From positions 64,001 through 128,000 of the forward strand of contig CAXXSL010000013.1 in NCBI GenBank assembly GCA_963675525.2: DNA of 64,000 nt. The letters run 5' to 3'. Position numbers and translations under genes: made by a program. Under the pieces are notes generated by a model. That model was not told where the DNA came from, ran no database searches, and was given only the letters and a program-made list of their open reading frames with translations. The number at the start of each line of letters is the position of its first letter. Positions within the stretch are counted from its first letter, which is position 1. Origin of the DNA: Anaerohalosphaeraceae bacterium (GTDB lineage: Bacteria; Planctomycetota; Phycisphaerae; Sedimentisphaerales; Anaerohalosphaeraceae). Positions 1 to 9,585 of the stretch are shown in pieces.

Positions 1-414
1 ACCCGTCCGGGCGTATGGCCGACCGTTTGCATCAGCCAAAAAGACGGTGGGAAAGCCCTCAACTGCAAATTGCTCCGACAAAACTTGATTTTGTTTTTGC
101 AACTCAGCACTTTGCCGGGAAGTGTCGTTTGGAAAATCAACCACCGCAAATACAAAATTCTTGCCCGCTTGGCGGATAAACTCTTGTTTTGAAAAGACCT
201 CTTTATCCAGTTTCTTGCACCAATAACACCAGTCTGACCCGGAAAAATTGATCAGTATATCCTTGCCCTCGGCCCCAGCGGTCTGCTTAGCCTTTTCAAA
301 ATCCGTAAACCAGTGCTTTGGCATTGATGCCGCATCTGTCGTTTTCCCACATCCGGCAAAAAAAATTATTGCAATAACCTGAAATAGAACGAAAATCCGA
401 ATAAATCTATACAT
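1..414 (-). CDS. Thioredoxin-fold lipoprotein (partial, runs off the window start)
   Basis: Manual translation from ATG at 414: MYRFIRIFVLFQVIAIIFFAGC (lipobox), WFTDFEKAK, FSGSDWCYWC (CxxC), VEGFPTVFL. Not in the ORF track because the stop lies outside the window. Confidence 0.85.
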   Translation of the reverse strand, partial: MYRFIRIFVLFQVIAIIFFAGCGKTTDAASMPKHWFTDFEKAKQTAGAEGKDILINFSGSDWCYWCKKLDKEVFSKQEFIRQAGKNFVFAVVDFPNDTSRQSAELQKQNQVLSEQFAVEGFPTVFLADANGRPYARTG

Positions 415-556
415 TATTACCTCTCGGGCTTAAATATCTTTATTTTCTCCAAATTACTATGCCCAATATCCTATTTTGTTCGCCGACTTTCATGGAAACT
501 TGCGGTTTACGCGATAATACTGAAAAAAACATCTTAATTGCCGAAAATTTAAGAAC

Positions 557-585
557 TTGACGCTTCCTCGGCAGAACGGTACAAT
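557..585 (+). promoter_or_regulatory. Sigma70-type promoter of tatA
   Basis: TTGACG-N17-TACAAT. Confidence 0.6.
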
Positions 586-633
586 GAATATTATATAATA
601 ACAATAGCCTTTAATTTGGAAGGATATACAAAC

Positions 634-891
634 ATGATCGAGATTCATTCGTTATTGGGTTTCTGGATGCCGGGGCCGATGGAAACCATCTTGATTCTGG
701 CCGTTTTGGTAATACTGTTTGGCAGACGGCTGCCGGAAATTGCCCGCAATATGGGCAAAAGCCTCACCGAATTCAAAAAAGGCATCAAGGAAAGCGAAAA
801 CGAACTCAAAAAATCAATTGAGGAATCTGATAAGGAAGCTGAAAAAACAGCTGACGAATCCGCATCCAAAGAAGCAAAAAACAGCGACTAA
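634..891 (+). CDS. tatA: Twin-arginine translocase TatA/TatE subunit
   Basis: Single TM helix, LFGRRLPEIARNMGKSLTEFKKG amphipathic helix, charged tail. Start could be 634 or 667. Confidence 0.9.
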   Translation: MIEIHSLLGFWMPGPMETILILAVLVILFGRRLPEIARNMGKSLTEFKKGIKESENELKKSIEESDKEAEKTADESASKEAKNSD

Positions 892-936
892 AAATATCGC
901 TTTTTTCTTATCGAACGGACCTCTCAACACATTCGT

Positions 937-1773
937 TTATTCAGGCGAATGTGTTTTCTTTTGGCGCATCATGCGACAGGCGATAATGCTGCTCTCGTAG
1001 AGGATATACATTGGAATGAATAGCCCGATCTGGCTGACGACATCCGGAGGGGTTGCCATGGCAGCCAGAATGATTAACACGACCGCAACGTAACGCCGAG
1101 CCGTAATCAGTTTATCAATGCTGACCAAGCCCATCTTTTCTGCGAATACGATCGCAATCGGCATCTGAAAAGCCAAAGCAAAAACCAACATCAGCACCAG
1201 AATCATATTGATATAATCTTCAAACATCCAAAAAGAAGATAAAGACAATATCTCATTAAAACGGATAAAGAACTTCATCGTCAAAGGAGCAACTTCAAAC
1301 AGAAAGAACAGGGCTCCTATAACGAACAATGCCGCACTGATAGGTACAACAGCTTTCACAAATTTCTTTTCGTGTCCATACAACCCGGCCGAAATAAACG
1401 ACCAAACTTGCCAGAAAACCCACGGTGAGGACAACAAAAGCCCGAATACCAGGCATATCTTGATATACGTTAGAAAACCTTCAGCCGGTCGCCGGGTTTG
1501 CAGGCCAACTAATCCGGGAGGCCTTGTCGTGTCGTCGGCATTCTGGATGTCGGTCTCGGGGGCTTCGTTCAAGTCGGGGACGTACGATTGAGTGACAATA
1601 GCCTGATGGTACGGACGCTCCAGAAAAGCGATCAGGTGTTTTCCGAAAAACAAACAGACCACCATCCCAAGGATCAATCCGGCCAACGCCAATATCATCC
1701 GAATACGCAGTTCCTCCAGATGATCGCCAAGACTCATGCTTTTCAGGTTTTCTTTTATTTCGTCTGTGGTCAT
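937..1773 (-). CDS. tatC: Twin-arginine translocase subunit TatC
   Basis: MSLGDHLEELRIR, WSFISAGLYGHEK, FQMP and ATPPDVVSQ motifs; several TM helices. Confidence 0.95.
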   Translation of the reverse strand: MTTDEIKENLKSMSLGDHLEELRIRMILALAGLILGMVVCLFFGKHLIAFLERPYHQAIVTQSYVPDLNEAPETDIQNADDTTRPPGLVGLQTRRPAEGFLTYIKICLVFGLLLSSPWVFWQVWSFISAGLYGHEKKFVKAVVPISAALFVIGALFFLFEVAPLTMKFFIRFNEILSLSSFWMFEDYINMILVLMLVFALAFQMPIAIVFAEKMGLVSIDKLITARRYVAVVLIILAAMATPPDVVSQIGLFIPMYILYESSIIACRMMRQKKTHSPE

Positions 1774-1860
1774 ACCCGGGTAGTTTAAATATTTTTTCGG
1801 CTTTTCGCAACTGGTTTTATTGATTTGTGTTACGAATCAAAGTGGGCTATAATACGGCCT

Positions 1861-2097
1861 ATGCATTGGAAAGTAGCCTTCATTTTGTTTTCCGGAGTAC
1901 TGTTTTTGACCAGTTCGGCTGGATTCCTGTTTGTCAAGATCGCTCTGCATCCCAAAAATGACAGCGATTTAGACAGTTACCACTTCGAATTTGAAGACCA
2001 CCACCCGCAACTGGCACGCTATGAGCGCTGGAGCCGGATCACGTTTTCCGGTGTCGTTATCGGGATGTTACTGTTGTTTTTGACGCTGGCGTTTTAG
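1861..2097 (+). CDS. Small two-TM hypothetical membrane protein
   Basis: Two hydrophobic segments around an acidic/His loop; TTGTGT-N17-TATAAT promoter directly upstream. Confidence 0.6.
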   Translation: MHWKVAFILFSGVLFLTSSAGFLFVKIALHPKNDSDLDSYHFEFEDHHPQLARYERWSRITFSGVVIGMLLLFLTLAF

Positions 2098-3528
2098 CTA
2101 TCCCTTCACGCAGACCAGCGGCACCAGTTTGGCTACTTTGTGTGCAAGTCCGGCTTGATGCGTCGCTTCAACCACCTCACTGACATCTTTATAGGCGCCG
2201 GGGGCCTCTTCGGCAATGCCACGCAGTGATCGGCTGCGAATTAAAATACCTTGGCTGGCTAATCGGCCGACAACTTCTTTGCCGTTCCATTTTTTAGTCG
2301 CGGTTCTGCGGCTCATATTGCGCCCCGCCCCGTGACAGGCTGATCCGAATGCCATCCGCTCGCTTTGGATTGTACCTACGAGGATATAGGAGGCTGTGCC
2401 CATTGTTCCGCCAATCAGGACCGGTTGACCAATCTTTCGATATTCGGCGGGCAACTCGTCATGTCCCGGGCCCCATGCTCGTGTGGCCCCTTTGCGATGG
2501 ACGAACAGTTTCTTTTGCTTGCCGCCGACGGTATGCTGCTCCTGTTGGCAGGTGTTGTGCGAAACGTCATACAGCAAACGGATATCCGCCTGCGGTGCAA
2601 CATCGGCAATAACCTGCCGCACCAGATGCATCAAAATCTGGCGATTGGCCAAGGCACAATTGATGCCGCTTCGCATGGCCCCGAGATAGCTTTGGCCCAG
2701 CGCCGAGTTCAGCGGGGCACAGGCTAATTCCCGCTCGGGCAGTTCAAGACCGTGTTTTTTTGCATCGGTTGTCATGCGTTTCAAAAAGTCGGTGCCGATC
2801 TGATGGCCCAGCCCGCGCGAGCCGCAATGAATGCTGATCTTAATATCGCCTTCTTCGATGCCAAATGCCGCGGCGGCCTCTGTGTCGTAAATTTCGACGA
2901 CCTTCTGGATTTCCAGATAGTGATTGCCGGAACCGAGTGTACCCATTTCGTCAAGCTGGCGTTTTTTGGCCTGCTCAGAAACCTGCGACGGGTCTGCCCC
3001 GCTAATACACCCGCCTGCCTCAATAAACCGCAGGTCGTCTTTTTCACCATAGCCGTTTTCGACCGCCCATTGTGCCCCGCCCTGCAGAACCTCATCCAGT
3101 TTCGCTACCGACAGTCGTAATTTACCGGTGCTGCCCACCCCGGCGGGAATCGTATGAAATAATGCGTCGGCAATTTTTTCGCGGATCGGCAGAATGTCTT
3201 CTGCTTTCAGGCCGGTATGCAGTGTTCGCACACCGCAGGCAATGTCGAAACCCACCCCGCCGGCACTGATGACACCGTCGGCTTCCGCATCGAACGCCGC
3301 AACACCCCCGATACAGAATCCGTAGCCCCAGTGTGCATCCGGCATGGCAAACGAGCCTTCCACGATTCCCGGCAGGGACGCAACATTTCGCACCTGCTGA
3401 ACAACCATATCGTCCATTTCATGAATAAGCTGTTCGGAACCGAAGATCACGCCATCGACGTTCATTCTGCCGCTGCGCTCAACCAGCCATTTCGTATCCC
3501 CCCGGCGTTTTACCAGTTTTCTATCCAT
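2098..3528 (-). CDS. rtcB: RNA 2',3'-cyclic phosphate/3'-phosphate--5'-OH ligase RtcB
   Basis: MPDAHWGYGF, GFDIACGVR, GTLGSGNHYLE, HCGSRGLG, HNT, HRKGATRA, HGAGR, EEAPGAYKD, terminal VKG. Confidence 0.96.
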   Translation of the reverse strand: MDRKLVKRRGDTKWLVERSGRMNVDGVIFGSEQLIHEMDDMVVQQVRNVASLPGIVEGSFAMPDAHWGYGFCIGGVAAFDAEADGVISAGGVGFDIACGVRTLHTGLKAEDILPIREKIADALFHTIPAGVGSTGKLRLSVAKLDEVLQGGAQWAVENGYGEKDDLRFIEAGGCISGADPSQVSEQAKKRQLDEMGTLGSGNHYLEIQKVVEIYDTEAAAAFGIEEGDIKISIHCGSRGLGHQIGTDFLKRMTTDAKKHGLELPERELACAPLNSALGQSYLGAMRSGINCALANRQILMHLVRQVIADVAPQADIRLLYDVSHNTCQQEQHTVGGKQKKLFVHRKGATRAWGPGHDELPAEYRKIGQPVLIGGTMGTASYILVGTIQSERMAFGSACHGAGRNMSRRTATKKWNGKEVVGRLASQGILIRSRSLRGIAEEAPGAYKDVSEVVEATHQAGLAHKVAKLVPLVCVKG

Positions 3529-3553
3529 TGCCAGTTCCTCAAACCACGCATCG

Positions 3554-3569
3554 GGCGGCTCACGCCGCC
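3554..3569 (-). repeat. Short GC-rich hairpin between archease and rtcB
   Basis: GGCGGC-GTGA-GCCGCC on the mRNA (minus) strand; GNRA-type loop. Confidence 0.5.
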
Positions 3570-3579
3570 GCGCTTTTAT

Positions 3580-3990
3580 TTATACATCTACTACGCATTG
3601 GGCGATCCATTGGTGCCGGTCATTTTCATAGACTTTCAGTTCCATGAAGGTTGCGGCTTTGACTTCCACTGCAAGCTCATGCTTATCCGGGTCGGCCTTT
3701 TCACCCCAAACCTTGGCGGAAAGCTGATGATTGTCAAAATGGACTTCGAATCGACTAAACAGCATTTTCCGGACATCCATTTCATAGATCAAGGCATTGA
3801 TCCAGTCGGCAAAAAGCAGGTCCTTTTCATCCGCTTGGCATTGTATCTGTATCTGTTCGGCAGGCTCAACATTTTCCGGCGTGCAGATCACAGCCATTAA
3901 AGCCATAGCGCCTTCTCTAAACGCCTCAGCCAAAGTATTTCCGATTCCTCGGATTCCAATATCTGCTTGATGATGAAAATGCAGCCACAT
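3580..3990 (-). CDS. Archease
   Basis: HQADIGIRGIG N-terminus, EVKAATF, C-terminal VVDV; directly upstream of rtcB on the same strand. Confidence 0.93.
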   Translation of the reverse strand: MWLHFHHQADIGIRGIGNTLAEAFREGAMALMAVICTPENVEPAEQIQIQCQADEKDLLFADWINALIYEMDVRKMLFSRFEVHFDNHQLSAKVWGEKADPDKHELAVEVKAATFMELKVYENDRHQWIAQCVVDV

Positions 3991-4079
3991 AGTCTAATTG
4001 TCCAAAAGAAAAAAGCCGAGGCAAAATCCCCAGCTTAAATTATCTTTCTTAATTGTGTAGAACTTGTTTAAACCTATCA

Positions 4080-4964
4080 TCAATTCATTTGACGCGGCAT
4101 ATACATGCGCTTGATTAATTCATAATCTCTGGAACCATTATCAGCATCCCGGTCTTTATTGCCGCCAAGAGGATTCGAACTAGCCATATCAATCATAACT
4201 TTGTCAGTCCACTTGAAACGGTCTGCATGACCGTCAGCATAAGCAAAGGTGCTGGATCCATTATGCCAGATTGCAACAGGATCCCACCACCGACGCTGGT
4301 TCAGATATAGATTCCAGGTATAATGGTTAAATCCGCTACCATCTGCTTCCTCCAAAAAAACGATCTTGCTGCTGGGATTGGAAAAGCCGGAGAACTTAAC
4401 AATCGTCACTTCATTTTCAGCCGTACTCGTCGTTCCAAAACCATAAGCTGAAAGAACTCCACCAATTGAGTAGCTGCGATAACCCCCGATTGTTCCTCGA
4501 ATCCAAGCAGGGTTGGTCTCGGTTGGAGGCTTTCTGTATCGTTTGTCCGCCGGGCAATTAAAAACTTTGTGGGTTTCCAGATAAGTCCATAATCCGCCCT
4601 TTTCAAACCCTCGGATTTTATCTTCAAGCCAATCGTTCCGCCAATTTCCGTTTTCGTCCATTGGTTCGGCAACAAAACATCGCTGATTTGGGTAATCAAT
4701 AGGAGCTACACCATCAATATCAACGTCAACAAACCCATCAGGAGTATACCTGGGAGCTCCATCGGCAAGATTTCCGCTGTTCTCTTCGGCATACATATAA
4801 TAGGCTGGACCAAGCTGTCCCTCGTTCGACAGGCACACGGCTGCGGCTGCGAGTTGTTTTGCTTTGTTAAGAGCAGGCAGGATTACGGCAGCCAATAAAG
4901 CAATGATAGCGATTACAACCAATAATTCGATAAGGGTGAATGCTATTCTTTTATTTCCGTTCAC
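4080..4964 (-). CDS. Prepilin-type N-terminal cleavage/methylation protein with H-X9-DG motif (DUF1559-like)
   Basis: [44 protein letters not shown]. Confidence 0.9.
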   Translation of the reverse strand: MNGNKRIAFTLIELLVVIAIIALLAAVILPALNKAKQLAAAAVCLSNEGQLGPAYYMYAEENSGNLADGAPRYTPDGFVDVDIDGVAPIDYPNQRCFVAEPMDENGNWRNDWLEDKIRGFEKGGLWTYLETHKVFNCPADKRYRKPPTETNPAWIRGTIGGYRSYSIGGVLSAYGFGTTSTAENEVTIVKFSGFSNPSSKIVFLEEADGSGFNHYTWNLYLNQRRWWDPVAIWHNGSSTFAYADGHADRFKWTDKVMIDMASSNPLGGNKDRDADNGSRDYELIKRMYMPRQMN

Positions 4965-5331
4965 AAAAAAACTCCAAATTAAGTCTTTGAAACATTTTAC
5001 ATAATGGCTCTAACAAAATACCCCCTCTTCATATATCTGTACTCATTATATGTGCTTTCATTCGGATATTTGACTCTAAAAAAAGTAAAATAAAAACCAA
5101 GACCAATTAATATCTCACTGAATAACCGATAAGTCTTTTTTCAAGAACAGGTTATGTAAAATCTGGAAATGTCACATTTTTTAGAAAATTTCCGATGTCC
5201 CGAATACCGATATGCGCCTGATGATGAAGATATTCCCACATACCACAATCTTAGAGTTCTAATGAGAATGATACACCAAAAACAAACCGGTATTCATTTA
5301 AACCGGCTTTGGCGTTACCTGATTCGATTCG

Positions 5332-6189
5332 CTAAATTCCCGCCGGTTTTCGTCCCGGGATGTATACTTTTTTAAACCAATTCCAGTCGTCAAAGGTGCC
5401 CGGCGGATCTAATGCGTCTGCAGCAACTCCTTTAACTCCTTCTTCGGCCATCCATCGGGTTGTTTTCTGGAGCCATTTATGCCGGTCCGCATGTCCATCG
5501 GCAAAAACAAAAGTGCTGCTGTCATTGTGAATAATGGCAAACGGATCGACCCAGTATTCATTTGTCAGATGCATGTTCCAGGTCCTATCGTTTACTCCCT
5601 TTTCTCTTTCGGCTTCTTCAAGAAAGATGATCTTACCGCTTGGATTGACAAATTCAGACATTTTTCGGATTTTCACGGCCCCTTCGCCTGGATTATTGCT
5701 GGGACGCTGGGATAATGGACTGCCGATCGAATAAGTCCGGTAACCCAGCATTCCAACCGTGGGATCGGTTTTGGTAAACCGATCGTCACCCGGGCAGTGA
5801 TAGACTTTGGGAGCCCTAACATAAGGCCATAACGAGCCGGCTTCGAAACCGCGAATTTTATCTTCCAACGAATCGTTCGAAGCATTTTTGTTTATATCCA
5901 TGGGCTTTCCGACCCAGCAATGAACCCGAACCGAACCATAGGTTTCGAAACCTGCATTAATACCCGTTTGGTCCGAAGTATCACCGTCAGGAATTAAAGA
6001 ATCGTTGTCGCCGGCGTATAAATAATAACTGGTTCCCAGTTGATTCTCATTGGCCAGACATACGGCCGCCGTGGCAAATCGTTTTGCGCTCTTCAAGGCA
6101 GGGAGAATGATACTCAACAGCAGTGCAATAATCGCAATGACAACCAATAATTCGATGAGGGTAAATGCTTTCCGTTCATTTCCGGTCAC
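5332..6189 (-). CDS. Prepilin-type N-terminal cleavage/methylation protein with H-X9-DG motif (DUF1559-like)
   Basis: [44 protein letters not shown]; paralog of 4080..4964. Confidence 0.9.
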   Translation of the reverse strand: MTGNERKAFTLIELLVVIAIIALLLSIILPALKSAKRFATAAVCLANENQLGTSYYLYAGDNDSLIPDGDTSDQTGINAGFETYGSVRVHCWVGKPMDINKNASNDSLEDKIRGFEAGSLWPYVRAPKVYHCPGDDRFTKTDPTVGMLGYRTYSIGSPLSQRPSNNPGEGAVKIRKMSEFVNPSGKIIFLEEAEREKGVNDRTWNMHLTNEYWVDPFAIIHNDSSTFVFADGHADRHKWLQKTTRWMAEEGVKGVAADALDPPGTFDDWNWFKKVYIPGRKPAGI

Positions 6190-6325
6190 AGTAATTACTC
6201 CTATGGTATTATACTGGACATATTCCGCCTGATTTCTCAGTACTATAACCTTACTCCTTTATAGTATAGGCGTTTATTGAAACATTTATCACAAAAAATA
6301 AAAAAATAGATCTTTTTGTTTCTTT

Positions 6326-7627
6326 CTACAGAGAAATGATGCTTTTATTCAACTTTTTGCACATTTGTTTATAATAATTGACCTTTTCGGTTCCCAAAAA
6401 GCGGATAGGAAAGGCGGTTTTATTGTGATTTAGGGGTTCGGATAGGTCAACAATATCAGCGCACAGATCACCGTCGGGCGTACCGGGAATGGGGGAAAAA
6501 TCGGATAATTGAATGCGGATCCCGAGGCCACTGGCAAATCGCATCGAACTTTCCAGTTGCTGGACATCAGCACGGGGGTGGCCCAGCATTTCATAAGCAG
6601 TGATATGCTGAGGATCGGCACCGGCTTTTTTCAAATGACCGGCAGCATCCGCCAACTCATCGGAGACGACTTTGCCTGAACCGGTATTCTGGTGAAATGT
6701 TTCAGATTGACTTTCAAAGCCAAGATAGAACGTTTTGACTCCCGCCTGCACCATCAGCCGGGCAATATCCGCTGTCATAAAGCGGGCGTGCAGTGCATTC
6801 GGGGTATGGAAATTGACTTTGAGATTTTTTTCGATAACCGCTTTCAGAAACGGTATGAGAGTTTTTTCGGCTCCAAATAATAAAGCGTCATCATAAAAGG
6901 CAATGTTCTCTGCACCGCACCTGGCAAGCTGTTCCAACTCGCCAAGGCATTCTTCCAGCGGACGTGTTGAGAAAGCAACTCCTGATTGGGGGACAAAACA
7001 ATAACTGCACTGGAACGGACAGCCTGTTGTCAACTTCAGTATCCCCACTGTCAAATGCGGATACAGTTCCCATGCGGGCAATTCAAAACTATCTGACATA
7101 TCCAAGCCCGACATTTTAAGCGGTTCGAAATCATCGCCGGAAATCACAATATCCGCACCCAACGCCTTGGCATGGTTTCTGCAGGCGGTCGCATAAAAGC
7201 CGCCCAGAACAATTTTAGCTTCCGGACAGATTCGACGAACATCCTCAATGACCTCTTTAACGCCGGGATACCAATAGGTCAGGACCGTCTGGATCATCAC
7301 CACATCAAACGGGGAGTGTTCTAAAAGATAGTTTTGAAAAATCTGGCGCTCGATCCCGAATCGACGATAGTATCGCGGAATATCTTTAAAGAAGGTCGGT
7401 TTTACGATCCGCTTGTTGGGGTACGAACCCCGGCCCCATGTGTCTGCACGAACTTTTCCTGCCGGATCGAACGCAGAGGCAAACCTGTCTAAATAATCGA
7501 ACAGGAATAAATCACACGTCGAACGAAGCAGCCCTGCCGCTCTCAAGAGTCCATATGGCTTGAGCCAGAAATCATAAGCAGTAAAGTCATAAATCGGTGG
7601 GTTAACAAGTAGTATTTTCGGCTTCAT
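6326..7627 (-). CDS. B12-binding-domain radical SAM protein
   Basis: ILLVNPP N-terminus, KIVLGGFYAT, GCPFQCSYC (CxxxCxxC), FYDDAL, FSPIPGT. Start at 7627 preferred because 7648 lies inside a repeat element. Confidence 0.88.
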   Translation of the reverse strand: MKPKILLVNPPIYDFTAYDFWLKPYGLLRAAGLLRSTCDLFLFDYLDRFASAFDPAGKVRADTWGRGSYPNKRIVKPTFFKDIPRYYRRFGIERQIFQNYLLEHSPFDVVMIQTVLTYWYPGVKEVIEDVRRICPEAKIVLGGFYATACRNHAKALGADIVISGDDFEPLKMSGLDMSDSFELPAWELYPHLTVGILKLTTGCPFQCSYCFVPQSGVAFSTRPLEECLGELEQLARCGAENIAFYDDALLFGAEKTLIPFLKAVIEKNLKVNFHTPNALHARFMTADIARLMVQAGVKTFYLGFESQSETFHQNTGSGKVVSDELADAAGHLKKAGADPQHITAYEMLGHPRADVQQLESSMRFASGLGIRIQLSDFSPIPGTPDGDLCADIVDLSEPLNHNKTAFPIRFLGTEKVNYYKQMCKKLNKSIISL

Positions 7628-7642
7628 ATGCAGTTTCTTAAT

Positions 7643-7717
7643 TGTCATTCTAAGTCATGTGAAGAATCTCTATGCCGACGTAACTACTAAAATACTTCAC
7701 ACTCGTTCAGGACAACA
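7643..7717. repeat. Degenerate REP-like palindromic element
   Basis: TGTCATTCTAAGTCATGTGAAGAATCTC...AATACTTCACACTCGTTCAGGACAACA resembles the GTCATTCTGA...TCAGAATGACA class of intergenic palindromes. Confidence 0.4.
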
Positions 7718-7740
7718 CTTTCGGCAATTTCTACAGAACA

Positions 7741-8667
7741 TTATGATTCCTTAGACTGTTTGCCTTTCCGGCGGGCTTTTTTTTCAGCTTCTCTGGCATT
7801 TTCAAGTTTCCTTGCACGTCGAATTTTTCGACCGATCTTGCATTCCAGCCAGCCGAACAGGCCCAGCCATTGTAATGTCGTGGCAAATTTTGCGTCCATG
7901 CCGATCACATAACGAGGCTTTGGTTTCTTTGCCGATAGTACAGCAAGGATCTTGTTGACAACCGCTTCCGGCTGCCCGGCACGCGGGATCACCTCATCAA
8001 AAAAAGCCTTTAGAAAACCCCGGTTCCATTCGAACATGGGGCTGCTGCGATCATAAAAGTTTTCCGTTTGGTTGGCATTGGCCCGGATGATCTCGGTTTT
8101 GTGATAGCCCGGCTCAATGGAAATAACATCGATGCCGAAGGGAGCCAACTCGACACGGATGGACTTTGTAAATCCAATGAGTGCATGCTTGCTGGCGCTA
8201 TAGGCGGCATTGAACGGATGGCCAATCAGCCCCGCTAATGAGGCAATGTTAATGATTCTCCCCTGTTTTCGCTCGATCATCCCCTGAGCGATCGCCCGGG
8301 TCAGATTGACCGCCCCGAAATAGTCGGTCTCAAAGACCCGCCGCATTTCGGCATCCGTGATATCCAAAAACGAACCGGTAATCAAAATCCCAGCGTTATT
8401 GATGAGAATATCGACGGGGCCGATCTTTCCAACAAGTGAGGCTATTGATTCGGGCTTTGTTACGTCCAGTTCTTCGATTCTCGCGGAAACATTCGCCTGG
8501 ACCATCGCTGTCCTCAACGGCGCGGCTTTGTCCAAATTCCGCATGGTGGCGATGACATCGAATCCGGCTTTTGCGGCTTCGACCGCCGCCAAAAGCCCGA
8601 ATCCGCTGGAACAGCCGGTTATAAGCACTTTTTTTGTGCTATTTTCTGTAATTTTTTGTATTTCCAT
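7741..8667 (-). CDS. Short-chain dehydrogenase/reductase (SDR)
   Basis: TGCSSGFG Rossmann motif, NNAG, catalytic YSASK, IEPG. Confidence 0.93.
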   Translation of the reverse strand: MEIQKITENSTKKVLITGCSSGFGLLAAVEAAKAGFDVIATMRNLDKAAPLRTAMVQANVSARIEELDVTKPESIASLVGKIGPVDILINNAGILITGSFLDITDAEMRRVFETDYFGAVNLTRAIAQGMIERKQGRIINIASLAGLIGHPFNAAYSASKHALIGFTKSIRVELAPFGIDVISIEPGYHKTEIIRANANQTENFYDRSSPMFEWNRGFLKAFFDEVIPRAGQPEAVVNKILAVLSAKKPKPRYVIGMDAKFATTLQWLGLFGWLECKIGRKIRRARKLENAREAEKKARRKGKQSKES

Positions 8668-8864
8668 GCCGCTAAAAGTAGATTAAACGGCCAAAAAATC
8701 AAGGAAAATCGACGAGCGGAACCCTGAAATCATGCTTAATTCAAAAAATTGCCTGAAAATGCTTGATAATCCCTTTCAAATCTCTATATTTATAAGGTTT
8801 TAGAGATTGAAGAAATGGAAATAATCAGCTTATGAGCTGACCAGACGAGTTTCGGGAGTTAAAA

Positions 8865-9131
8865 ATGGCAAGAGAATGTTATTTCTTAGGCAAAAAGACA
8901 TCATCCGGTAGAAGTGTCGCCAGACGCGGTAAAGCCAAATACCTCGGCGGCGTCGGTAAAAAAACAACCGGCATTACCAAACGGAAGTTTAAAGCGAACG
9001 TCCAGAAGGTTCGCGCCATTATCGACGGCAAGGTTTGCCGGATCAAGGTTTCGGCCAAGGCGATTCGCATGGGTTTGGTCGTTAAGCCCCCGAAGCGTGA
9101 TTACAAACCCGCTGAACAGGCAGCCAGCTAA
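8865..9131 (+). CDS. rpmB: 50S ribosomal protein L28
   Basis: MARECYFLGKK...RRGKAKYLGGVG...TKRKFKANVQ...KVSAKAIR; highly basic. Confidence 0.93.
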   Translation: MARECYFLGKKTSSGRSVARRGKAKYLGGVGKKTTGITKRKFKANVQKVRAIIDGKVCRIKVSAKAIRMGLVVKPPKRDYKPAEQAAS

Positions 9132-9167
9132 CGCAGAGACTATTGATTCTTTAACAAATCGCACATT

Positions 9168-9199
9168 AAGCGAGGCTGTTTTCCAGCCTCGCTTTTTTT
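9168..9199 (+). terminator. Intrinsic terminator after rpmB
   Basis: AAGCGAGGCTG/CAGCCTCGCTT stem followed by a T-run. Confidence 0.8.
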
Positions 9200-9251
9200 A
9201 TTGGTTTCTCGTGAATCCACAGATTACACTGTAGATTAAAAAGGATAAACA

Positions 9252-9560
9252 ATGGCAACCAAAATTGATGAAGCACAAGTTCGACGAGTCGCCCTGCTGA
9301 GCCGGTTGGAACTGAGCGATAAAGAGGTCGCCCAGTTCAGCACTCAGCTCAGTAATATTGTTGAATACATTGAAAAGCTGAATGAATTAGATATGGATAA
9401 TGTTGAGCCGCTGGCACACTGCCTGCCCATTCATAACGTCCTGCGAGAGGATATCCCCCGCCCATCGCTGACAAATGACCAGGCGATGGTCAATGCCCCG
9501 CAGCGACATGATGAATATTTCAAGGTTCCCAAAATACTCGACGACAATTCCGGGGCCTAA
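9252..9560 (+). CDS. gatC: Asp/Glu-tRNA amidotransferase subunit C
   Basis: VALLSRLEL, LNELD, NVLRED, NAP, YFKVPKIL. Confidence 0.95.
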   Translation: MATKIDEAQVRRVALLSRLELSDKEVAQFSTQLSNIVEYIEKLNELDMDNVEPLAHCLPIHNVLREDIPRPSLTNDQAMVNAPQRHDEYFKVPKILDDNSGA

Positions 9561-9585
9561 CGATAAAAGACCAAAGGAGACGTAC

